A DNA stretch of 64,000 nt from an uncultured Thermodesulfobacteriota bacterium (GTDB lineage: Bacteria; Desulfobacterota; B13-G15). The translations under genes were made by a program, and so were the position numbers. The first letter of the stretch is position 1. Every line of letters starts with the position of its first letter. The notes below the pieces were generated by a model, which was not told where the DNA came from, made no database searches, and saw nothing but the letters and a program-made list of their open reading frames with translations. The stretch spans positions 6,121 through 70,120 of the forward strand of contig CAZIZI010000005.1 of the NCBI GenBank assembly GCA_964543765.1, given 5' to 3'. Shown one piece after another: positions 8,813-16,572 of the stretch.

Positions 8813-10066
8813 ATGCGTCCTTTGAGTTTTGATGAGTTCGTGGGACAGGAACATCTTTTAGGGGAAAAGGGGCCTTTGAGAAGGATGATAGAGTCCAAAA
8901 GGGTTATTTCGTTTTTGCTTTGGGGGCCTCCCGGCTGTGGGAAGACCACCTTGGGAGAACTTTTTGCCAAGGCCATAAGGGCCCATTTCGTTTACGGAAG
9001 TGCGGTACTTTGGGGTTTGAAAGAAGTAAGAGATGCAATAGTTGAGGCTCAAAAGCGATTAAGAGCCGGACAGAGGACCATACTTTTCCTTGACGAGATC
9101 CATCGGTTTAACCGGGCCCAGCAAGATGCCCTTCTCCCTTGGGTTGAAAAAGGTACCATTATCCTCATAGGTTCAACCATTAATAACCCCTCCTTTGGAA
9201 TTATTCCTTCGCTTTTATCGCGATTAAGGGTTTTTACCCTTCGAGCTTTAAGGGATGATGAGGTTCTTCTTATCTTAAAAAGGGCGCTTTCCGATCCTGA
9301 GAGGGGACTTGGGGCCTTTAAGATTGAACTTGAGGATGGGGTTTTGGAGCTTATTGCCTCTCTTTCTCAGGGTGATGCTCGTTGGGCTTTAAATACGCTG
9401 GAGATGGTTTTCATTTTGGCCGAAGAAAGAAACGGAAAAAAGTTTATAGGGAAAGAAATCGTTCTTCAATCAACTCAGAAACCCCTTCTTTACGATCGGG
9501 AAGGCGAGGAGCATTACAACCTGATAAGCGCCTATCAAAAGTCCATAAGGGGCAGTGATCCCGATGGGGCCATCTACTGGCTTGCGAGAATGCTCGAATC
9601 GGGAGAGGACCCCCTTTATATAGCGAGAAGGATGATCGTATGTGCTGCCGAGGACATAGGCTTGGCCGACCCGATGGCGCTCCTTGTCGCCGTAAGCGCC
9701 CTTCAAGCCTTTCAAATTTTGGGGCAGCCCGAAGGAGAGCTGGCCTTAGCTGAAGCGACCCTTTATCTGGCCACAGCCCCCAAATCCAATTCCGCCATGG
9801 TGGCTCTTGAGAAGGCTCGAGAAGAGGTGAAGGAAAAAGGGGCTATTCCGGTGCCTCTTCATTTGAGAAATGCCCCTACGAAGTTATTAAAGGAATTGGG
9901 CTATGGCAAAGATTACCTTTATCCCCATGATTACAAAGAAGGGTTTGTAGAACAAACATATCTGCCCGAAGGCCTTAAAGGAGGGTATTATCGACCTTCG
10001 GAAAGGGGCTATGAGAAGGAGATTTCTCAGAGGCTTTTAAAGTGGTGGAAGGACAGGTGGAAATGA
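8813..10066 (+). CDS. rarA: replication-associated recombination protein A (AAA+ ATPase RarA/MgsA)
   Basis: WGPPGCGKTTL Walker A, DEIHRFN sensor and MgsA C-terminal domain. Start trimmed to ATG 8813, inside the longer track ORF. Confidence 0.85.
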   Translation: MRPLSFDEFVGQEHLLGEKGPLRRMIESKRVISFLLWGPPGCGKTTLGELFAKAIRAHFVYGSAVLWGLKEVRDAIVEAQKRLRAGQRTILFLDEIHRFNRAQQDALLPWVEKGTIILIGSTINNPSFGIIPSLLSRLRVFTLRALRDDEVLLILKRALSDPERGLGAFKIELEDGVLELIASLSQGDARWALNTLEMVFILAEERNGKKFIGKEIVLQSTQKPLLYDREGEEHYNLISAYQKSIRGSDPDGAIYWLARMLESGEDPLYIARRMIVCAAEDIGLADPMALLVAVSALQAFQILGQPEGELALAEATLYLATAPKSNSAMVALEKAREEVKEKGAIPVPLHLRNAPTKLLKELGYGKDYLYPHDYKEGFVEQTYLPEGLKGGYYRPSERGYEKEISQRLLKWWKDRWK

Positions 10067-11334
10067 GATATTTCCTCTGTGATTTTCACGTTCATAGCTC
10101 CTTCAGTCGGGCCACAAGCCCTGAGATGAACCTAGAAGGTCTTGTTCGGTGGGGAAAGATTAAGGGTTTGAGTATTGTGGGAACGGGTGATTTTACCCAT
10201 CCTTCTTATTTTGCGGAGATTAAGGAAAAGCTTGAGGAAAGCGAACCAGGGATTTATCGTCTTAAAAAGGGAGAACGGTCGGTTGGGCTTATAATTACCG
10301 GAGAGGTTTGCAATATCTTTGATCAAGGTCCTAAGAAAAATCGCCGGGTTCACACTTTAATTTTCGTCCCCAATATTGAGACTGCTGAAAAGATAAATAA
10401 ACTTCTTTCCCATTACGGGGATCTTTCTCAGGACGGAAGGCCCACGTTCACCTTTCCGGTTAAGGACTTGGTGAAGATGGTGCTTGATTGTTCTGAGGAT
10501 TGTCTTATTGTTCCTGCTCATGCCTGGACTCCCTGGTTTTCGGTTTTTGGGGCCAATTCGGGGTTTGATTCGTTGGAAGAATGTTTTGAAGAAGAGGCGA
10601 AATACGTTTATGCCATTGAGACCGGGCTTTCCTCAAACCCTCAGATGAACTGGCGCATTTCAAATCTGGATAGAATTTCCATAATCTCCAACTCCGATGC
10701 CCATTCGCCAAGACATGTAGCTCGGGAGGCTACTGCCTTTTGTTGTGAGCTTTCCTATTACGAGATAGTTAGGGCGATAAAGGAAAAGGATCCGAAAGGG
10801 CTTGCCTTCACGGTCGAGTTTTTCCCTGAAGAAGGCAAATACCATTACGATGGTCATAGGATTTGTGGGGTTTTGTTCTCTCCCAAGGAGACAAAGGCTC
10901 ACAATTACTTATGCCCCAAATGCGGCAAACCTTTAACCGTTGGGGTTATGCACCGAGTGGAGGAGTTGGCCGATAGACCCGAGGGCTTCATTCCACCTGG
11001 GGCCATCCCTGCTATACATATCATTCCTCTTGAGGAGATAATCGCCGAAGCCTTAGGCGTTGGGAAGGGTTCTAAAGCCGTTGATCGGGAGTATTTCCGG
11101 TTGATAGAACAAGGAGAATCGGAATTTAAGGTCCTTCTTGAGCTTCCTCCTGAGGAGCTTCGAAGGATTGCGCCTCCAAAAATATATGAGGGGATCCTCC
11201 GAGTCCGTAAGGGTGAACTTGAGATTGTTCCGGGGTTCGATGGGGTTTATGGTAAAATAAAAATCTTTCCGGATTCTCGGGATGAGACTCCCAGGGACGA
11301 AAAGGTCCCAGAAACCCAGATGAAGCTTTTCTGA
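10063..11334 (+). CDS. endonuclease Q family protein (PHP domain plus Zn ribbon)
   Basis: DFHVHSSFSRA, GTGD, HTLIFVP, PAHAWTPW, NSDAHSP, CPKCGKP and C-terminal VPGFDGVYGKIKI follow the EndoQ motif order as I remember it. ATGA start/stop overlap with rarA. Confidence 0.7.
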   Translation: MRYFLCDFHVHSSFSRATSPEMNLEGLVRWGKIKGLSIVGTGDFTHPSYFAEIKEKLEESEPGIYRLKKGERSVGLIITGEVCNIFDQGPKKNRRVHTLIFVPNIETAEKINKLLSHYGDLSQDGRPTFTFPVKDLVKMVLDCSEDCLIVPAHAWTPWFSVFGANSGFDSLEECFEEEAKYVYAIETGLSSNPQMNWRISNLDRISIISNSDAHSPRHVAREATAFCCELSYYEIVRAIKEKDPKGLAFTVEFFPEEGKYHYDGHRICGVLFSPKETKAHNYLCPKCGKPLTVGVMHRVEELADRPEGFIPPGAIPAIHIIPLEEIIAEALGVGKGSKAVDREYFRLIEQGESEFKVLLELPPEELRRIAPPKIYEGILRVRKGELEIVPGFDGVYGKIKIFPDSRDETPRDEKVPETQMKLF

Positions 11335-12767
11335 TGCCCCAGCTCTCGGAAGAATTCTTGGTTTTTTTGGAAGACCTTTTGGGTGAGGAAAAGGGGGCCT
11401 TTCTTTCCACAATAGGCCTTAAATCACCTCCGTTTTTCAGAATAAATACCCTGAGGACCGATGACGAAAAGGCCTTAAAGCTTTTGGAGGAAGAGGGTTT
11501 TAAAGCCCTTCCTTTAGATGGCCTTCCTCATGCCTATTCGGTCTTAGAGGAACCATTTCCTTTGGGATGTAGCTTTTCCCACTACCTGGGTAACATTTAC
11601 CTTCAAGACCCAAGCTCCATGGTTCCTCCTTTGGTGCTTGAACCAAAAGAAGGGGAGCTTGTTGTTGATGTGGCTTCGGCTCCGGGGTCAAAAACCACCC
11701 AAATGGCCTCTCTTATGGGGAATAAGGGACTTATTCTGGCCAATGAGGTATCGGTTAAGCGATCCAAATCCCTTTCCTACAATTTGATGAAGCTCGGGGT
11801 GATAAATGCGGTAGTAACCCTTCTTGATGGGAATCGTTTGGGGAAGCTTTACTTTGAGACGTTTGATAAGGTGCTCTTGGATCCTCCTTGTAGTGCTCTG
11901 GGAACGCTTAAGACCTCAGTTGAACCCTTAAAATGGTGGAAGATGAAGCGATCGGAAAAGCTCTCCCATTTACAATGGAACCTTCTTGTAAGCGCCATTA
12001 AAGCCTTAAAACCGGGTGGGATTCTGGTTTATTCCACCTGTACGATTGTCCCCTTAGAAAACGAGGCCCTGATCTCACGAGCGGTAAAAGAATACGGGCT
12101 TGAGATCGAGGAGATAAGATGGAATGCCTTCAAGGCAAGAGCTGGTCTTAAGGAGTTTAGAGGTGAAAGATTCGTAGAGGGGATAGAACGCACAATAAGG
12201 ATTTATCAACATGAAGTACCAGGTGAAGGCTTTTTTATCGCCAAATTAAGAAAAGTCCGAGAAAATAAACCTCCTAAAGAACGACCCCCGTTGGAACCTT
12301 TGCCATTAGTTGACAGATGGGACAATAGGGTAAAGAGCTTTTTGGATGTTCTTACCGATCACTTTGGCCTCTCTCAGGATCTCTTTGAAGGGTTTTTGTT
12401 TGAAAGGGCTAAGGAACTTCGCATCTATCCCCTTGAGGCCAAAAACATGTCTTTTTATAAGTACAGTCATCGAGGCCTTCCTCTGGTTAAATTAGAGGGA
12501 AGCTTTCCCATTTTAACTACCTGGGGAGCCCAATTTTTAAGCAAATGGGCCACCAAAAACGTGATCGACCTAAAGGATCCTAAGGAGTTGCTCTTCTTTT
12601 TGAAACATAAACCCATTCCCCTTGAACCAAACCGGAAAGGTCAACAGATAGTGCTTTATAAAGGGCATCCAGTGGGATATGGGATAGCCTCCGGTGGTTA
12701 TTTAAAAAGCCGAGCCAAAGCCAGAAAGGAAGTCAGATGGCCTTTTTGCCTTTTTCCTCCTCCTTAA
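11334..12767 (+). CDS. NOL1/NOP2/Sun-family RNA m5C methyltransferase (RsmF-like, with C-terminal extension)
   Basis: DVASAPGSKTTQ (motif I), LLDPPCSALG (motif IV) and YSTCTIVPLENE. 1-nt TGATG overlap with the preceding gene. Confidence 0.75.
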   Translation: MPQLSEEFLVFLEDLLGEEKGAFLSTIGLKSPPFFRINTLRTDDEKALKLLEEEGFKALPLDGLPHAYSVLEEPFPLGCSFSHYLGNIYLQDPSSMVPPLVLEPKEGELVVDVASAPGSKTTQMASLMGNKGLILANEVSVKRSKSLSYNLMKLGVINAVVTLLDGNRLGKLYFETFDKVLLDPPCSALGTLKTSVEPLKWWKMKRSEKLSHLQWNLLVSAIKALKPGGILVYSTCTIVPLENEALISRAVKEYGLEIEEIRWNAFKARAGLKEFRGERFVEGIERTIRIYQHEVPGEGFFIAKLRKVRENKPPKERPPLEPLPLVDRWDNRVKSFLDVLTDHFGLSQDLFEGFLFERAKELRIYPLEAKNMSFYKYSHRGLPLVKLEGSFPILTTWGAQFLSKWATKNVIDLKDPKELLFFLKHKPIPLEPNRKGQQIVLYKGHPVGYGIASGGYLKSRAKARKEVRWPFCLFPPP

Positions 12768-12770
12768 GTT

Positions 12771-12799
12771 TTGACAATTTTTAAACTTTCTTATAGAGT
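12771..12799 (+). promoter_or_regulatory. sigma70-like promoter (TTGACA, 17-nt spacer, TAGAGT) ending 6 nt before the ATG, implying a leaderless or near-leaderless mRNA
   Basis: Near-consensus hexamers. No SD sequence is present before ATG 12806. Confidence 0.4.
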
Positions 12800-12805
12800 G
12801 CTTCT

Positions 12806-14827
12806 ATGGTGCGGTTGAAGGGGCTAGTGCTTCCTTTTTTAGCCTTTTTGATCCTTTTCTCCTTAAGACTTTATCAAGCCAATTTTATCTTCAAGGAAAA
12901 AGAGTTTTATTTTTGGGGCAAAAACATTCCCCTGCTTTCTTCTTCTGACGGTTATTACTTTTTGCGCCTTGCCCATCTTTTTAAAGAAGGTTCCTATAAA
13001 GGGAAAGCACCTGATCCCTTGAGGAATGCCCCTGATAATCAACTTAACCCTGATTCCGAAAGGGCCGTGAGGTTTCCCTCGATTCCTCCTCTTATTTCGG
13101 TTCTTTTGGCCTTTTTGTCTTATTTGACGGGGGTTTCTCCCGAGAGGGTTTTTGTGGTTTTTCCATTAATCCCCTTTTTGGGCTCTCTTTTAGCCTTTCC
13201 GCTTTATGGAATAGGGAAGAGGCTTTGGGGAGAGCTATGTGGTTTTGGTATGGCTTTAGGGGGTGGGTTATGTCTTGAGTACGTCATAAGGACCGACCTT
13301 TTGAGGATCGATACTGAAGCAATAGCTTTGGTGTTTTTCTTTGCGGTTATTTATTCCATGTTTTTGCTCCTTGAGGATTTCAATCTGAAAAACCTGATCT
13401 TGTTTAGCATTTTCGTTCATCTTTACCAGTGGTGGTACAGCCACCCAGGTTTACTCTTACCCCTTTTGGTGGCTTACGGTTTGACCTTTTTTTTGGTCGA
13501 AAAATTATCCCTTAAGGAATCGGCAAAAAGAACGCTTATTTTAGCCCTTTTTTCAAATCCCTTAATACTTTTCAACGGGATTTTTAACCTTTTGCAGATG
13601 ATAAGTGGCTATATACCTGGGCTTTTGCCCGAACAATTGGGCTTTATACCTCGTTCGGTTTTTGCTCGCTCAGTAAGCGAACTGCAAAGGCTTCCCATTA
13701 AGGTCGTTCTTTCCATGGTTTCAAGTCATTATGTGATTGGCTTCTTAGGTCTTTTTGGCTTTTTGGTTATTTTTCTTAAAACCAGAAGGCCCCTTTTGAT
13801 CTCCCCTCTTTTTATACTTGGCCTAATGAGCCTTTTTGGAGCGAGGCGTTTTATGATATGGCTTGGCCCCTTTGTAGGGCTTGGCCTTGGGGTTTTGCTT
13901 CAATATTGCTTTGAGGTCTTAAAGGGAAGGTTAAAATTTAATCCCGTACTCATAAAGGTGGCTTTATTGATCTTATTGCTTCTTTCAAGCGTTTCCCCTA
14001 AAAGTCTGACTTTTGTTCCCCTTTGCCCCTACGGGAGGCCCCTTTTGGAAGGAATAAAGGAGCTCGAAAGGATAACTCCGGAAGGAAGTTTCGTATGGTC
14101 CTGGTGGGATTACGGTTATGTTATCTCCCTTGTAGCCAAAAGGCCCGTTTATCATGATGGAGGAAGTTGGGGAGGGCCAAAGAGCATTCTTGTGGCAAGG
14201 TCATTGGCCTTAGATGATCCCGAAAAAGCCTATAACATCATTAACGGCACCACCTCCCTTGGAGAAGAGGGGATAAGGGAGCTTCTTGAAAAGGGGGAAA
14301 GTCCTTCTTCCATAATAAGCCAGATAGAGAACGGGCTTTACAATAAGGAGTTGAAAAGTAAGATTTACCTTCTTTTAACGGGTGATGACATAAGTAAATT
14401 TTTTTGGATCTCCTTTTTTGGAACTTGGGATCCCGAAAGGGAAAAGGCAGAACACCTTTTTTACTTTCCCCTTGGTTTATGCAAGATGAATGAGGAAAGG
14501 ATAAGGTGTCAAAATGGGATTTTTGAGCTTAAAAAAGGGATCTTACAATTAAGGGGAGGGGACGTTATAAAGGTAGGAAGGGTCAAGATGGTTGAACTAG
14601 ATGATAGGGATTTTCCTCAAAAAAGGGAAAACCTGAAAGAAGGGGATGGTTTTTTCCTTATTTTAGTGAAAAAGAAAGACCATCTTTTTGGATGGGTGGC
14701 TCATCCCAAGGTCCAAAGCACCATGTTTCAAAGGCTTTTCTTTGAGGAGGGTGAAGTCGGAAACTTCAAGCTCGTTTTTTCAAATTTCCCTTATCTTCGA
14801 GTTTTTGAGGTAACTGAAAGAAGATGA
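12806..14827 (+). CDS. oligosaccharyltransferase, PglB/STT3 family (N-glycosylation catalytic subunit)
   Basis: About 13 TM helices. SSDGYYFLRLA in the first external loop resembles PglB NDGYAFAEGARD. WWDYGY lies at 14102-14119, followed by HDGGSWGGPKS...SLALDDPEKA, which aligns to PglB VDGGKHLGKD...SLSKDEQAA. Confidence 0.75.
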   Translation: MVRLKGLVLPFLAFLILFSLRLYQANFIFKEKEFYFWGKNIPLLSSSDGYYFLRLAHLFKEGSYKGKAPDPLRNAPDNQLNPDSERAVRFPSIPPLISVLLAFLSYLTGVSPERVFVVFPLIPFLGSLLAFPLYGIGKRLWGELCGFGMALGGGLCLEYVIRTDLLRIDTEAIALVFFFAVIYSMFLLLEDFNLKNLILFSIFVHLYQWWYSHPGLLLPLLVAYGLTFFLVEKLSLKESAKRTLILALFSNPLILFNGIFNLLQMISGYIPGLLPEQLGFIPRSVFARSVSELQRLPIKVVLSMVSSHYVIGFLGLFGFLVIFLKTRRPLLISPLFILGLMSLFGARRFMIWLGPFVGLGLGVLLQYCFEVLKGRLKFNPVLIKVALLILLLLSSVSPKSLTFVPLCPYGRPLLEGIKELERITPEGSFVWSWWDYGYVISLVAKRPVYHDGGSWGGPKSILVARSLALDDPEKAYNIINGTTSLGEEGIRELLEKGESPSSIISQIENGLYNKELKSKIYLLLTGDDISKFFWISFFGTWDPEREKAEHLFYFPLGLCKMNEERIRCQNGIFELKKGILQLRGGDVIKVGRVKMVELDDRDFPQKRENLKEGDGFFLILVKKKDHLFGWVAHPKVQSTMFQRLFFEEGEVGNFKLVFSNFPYLRVFEVTERR

Positions 14828-15396
14828 GGGGTCTTTTAATAATTTTCTTAAGTGTTCTTTTTCTTTTCCCTTCTTTGGGCCTTTCACTTGAGGGAAAGGT
14901 CATAGAGGTTTTTGATGGTGATACCATATTGGTTTTAATTGATGGGCAAGAGGTAAAAGTGAGGCTTTATTGTATAGATGCCCCTGAGCTTTTACAACCC
15001 TATGGGAGAACTGCCAAGGATTTCTTATCGAGACTCCTTTTGGAGAAAAACGTTAAGGTAAAAGAGAGAGGAACTGACCAGTATGGGCGGGTTTTGGGAG
15101 AGGTATTTCTTGATGGGGAGATCTCGGTAAATGAGGAGCTCGTAAAAAGCGGGATGGCCTGGGTTTACAGAAAATACTGTAAGATCCCTTCCTATTTTAC
15201 CCTCGAAAAAACGGCAAGGGAAAATAGAGTTGGCTTATGGGAAGATGAAAGCCCCATTCCCCCCTGGGAATACCGTAAAAAAGAAAGGGAGAGAGGAATT
15301 GAGCTGGGGAATACGTATTTTCTTTTAGTCCTTTTACTTTTAGTGCTTTTTCTAAGCCTCAGTTGGAGAAGAAAAGGAAGAAGGAGAAAAAATTAG
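14824..15396 (+). CDS. SNase-like thermonuclease, secreted with a C-terminal membrane anchor
   Basis: VFDGDTILV...VRLYCIDAPE is the staphylococcal nuclease motif. N-terminal signal peptide; C-terminal hydrophobic segment plus RRKGRRRKN tail. ATGA overlap with the OST gene. Confidence 0.75.
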   Translation: MRGLLIIFLSVLFLFPSLGLSLEGKVIEVFDGDTILVLIDGQEVKVRLYCIDAPELLQPYGRTAKDFLSRLLLEKNVKVKERGTDQYGRVLGEVFLDGEISVNEELVKSGMAWVYRKYCKIPSYFTLEKTARENRVGLWEDESPIPPWEYRKKERERGIELGNTYFLLVLLLLVLFLSLSWRRKGRRRKN

Positions 15397-15397
15397 C

Positions 15398-15426
15398 TTG
15401 ACAAACACCTTTTTATGGCATTAAAT
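15398..15426 (+). promoter_or_regulatory. sigma70-like promoter (TTGACA, 17-nt spacer, TTAAAT) for the pilin genes
   Basis: -35 at 15398-15403 and -10 at 15421-15426. AAGGAGGTGGAGG RBS before ATG 15511. Confidence 0.45.
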
Positions 15427-15510
15427 GTATTAGATGAAACAAAGGGATTCTCCAGAAGTTTGAATTGAGTTAAAATTTTTAAAATTTTAAACCTTTAAAG
15501 GAGGTGGAGG

Positions 15511-16008
15511 ATGGAAGTTTTAAGTGTTTTAAAGAAAAGGGTGAAGGCGAAAAAGGGTTTCACGCTGATTGAGTTGATGATCGTTGTTGCCATTTTGGGC
15601 ATTTTGGCCGCCATAGCTATTCCCACCTATATGGATTATACGAAAAGGGCGAAGGTAAGTGAGGCAATAAGCTTGCTTTCGGGAATGGCGAATGCCATAG
15701 CGGAGTATCATACTTCATATGGAAGTATGCCAACTAGCATAGACGATATTGGAGGAGGAAAAACAAGTAGATATGTGACCAGTATGACGTGGGGAGGAAG
15801 AGAGACATACGGCAACAACACTTATTGTTCCATAAATGCAACCCTTGGCAACATTGGAACAGGAGTTGATAGTAAGACGCTTACCCTTTATGTGATTTAT
15901 AGGGCAAATAATGAGACTTATGATAAATGTTGGGAATGGAGCATTGAGGATAAATACGTTCCTACAAGCGTTCGAGAAAAGAGATTTAATACTCCTAACT
16001 GTCCATGA
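15511..16008 (+). CDS. type IV pilin (prepilin with class III signal)
   Basis: KKG|[22 protein letters not shown] has Gly-1, Phe+1 and Glu+5. Three N-x-S/T sequons lie in the C-terminal globular part. Confidence 0.85.
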   Translation: MEVLSVLKKRVKAKKGFTLIELMIVVAILGILAAIAIPTYMDYTKRAKVSEAISLLSGMANAIAEYHTSYGSMPTSIDDIGGGKTSRYVTSMTWGGRETYGNNTYCSINATLGNIGTGVDSKTLTLYVIYRANNETYDKCWEWSIEDKYVPTSVREKRFNTPNCP

Positions 16009-16036
16009 TCTTAAAACTTCTTTCTTAAAATAACCC

Positions 16037-16070
16037 AAGGCCTGGGGCCTTTTGGTTCCAGGCCTTTTAA
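16037..16070 (+). terminator. intrinsic terminator-like hairpin between the two pilin genes
   Basis: AAGGCCTGG (16037-45) pairs with CCAGGCCTT (16058-66). TTTTAAAA follows and abuts ATG 16072. Confidence 0.45.
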
Positions 16071-16071
16071 A

Positions 16072-16509
16072 ATGAAGATGAAGAAGGGTTTGACTTTACT
16101 TGAAGTGATGATTGTGGTTGCCATAATTGGGATTTTGGCAGCGATTGCCATTCCTTCCTATACTAAGTATGTGAAAAGGGCAAAAAGAGCTGAAGCTTTT
16201 AATGCCTTAATGACCATTCATGCGGCTCAAGAGATGTATAAGGCAGAACATGGAGTTTATACCGATAATTGGTCAAAACTTCCTGGGTGTTCCCCGAATA
16301 TGGCCAAGGAGTATACGATTTACCTTAATTTTAGTGATGGCAATTACACCGCCACTGCGGTTCCCTATGGAAGACAAGCAGGGGACTACTGTTTTAGGAT
16401 TTCTTATAACGGAAGTAAGGAGTGTGCCGTTCATTTTCCCACGGGAAACTGTACAGGTGTTCAATGTTGCCAATCTTTCCAAGAGTGTTCCTGGGAAACC
16501 CTTCGTTAA
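16072..16509 (+). CDS. type IV pilin-like protein, Cys-rich, with 4 N-glycosylation sequons
   Basis: MKMKKG|[22 protein letters not shown] (Leu+1, Glu+5). Sequons are NFS, DGNYT, NGS and NCT; 9 Cys in the C-terminal 80 aa. No SD sequence is evident. Confidence 0.75.
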   Translation: MKMKKGLTLLEVMIVVAIIGILAAIAIPSYTKYVKRAKRAEAFNALMTIHAAQEMYKAEHGVYTDNWSKLPGCSPNMAKEYTIYLNFSDGNYTATAVPYGRQAGDYCFRISYNGSKECAVHFPTGNCTGVQCCQSFQECSWETLR

Positions 16510-16529
16510 GGGTTGCCTCCTTCTTTTTT
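16497..16529 (+). terminator. weak terminator-like hairpin overlapping the stop of the second pilin gene
   Basis: AACCCTT-cgtt-AAGGGTT stem-loop (16497-16514) with a T-run at 16521-16529. Stem is GC-poor. Confidence 0.3.
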
Positions 16530-16572
16530 AGGTGCTAACCTTACTTTAGGCTTTTTAAAAAAGAGGTGAGAA

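Noticed and set aside
15470-15495. Short direct repeat AAATTTTTAAAATTTTAAA upstream of pilin 1, considered as a regulatory repeat or UP element
   Set aside because: It is simply low-complexity AT-rich 5'UTR, too short to distinguish from background.
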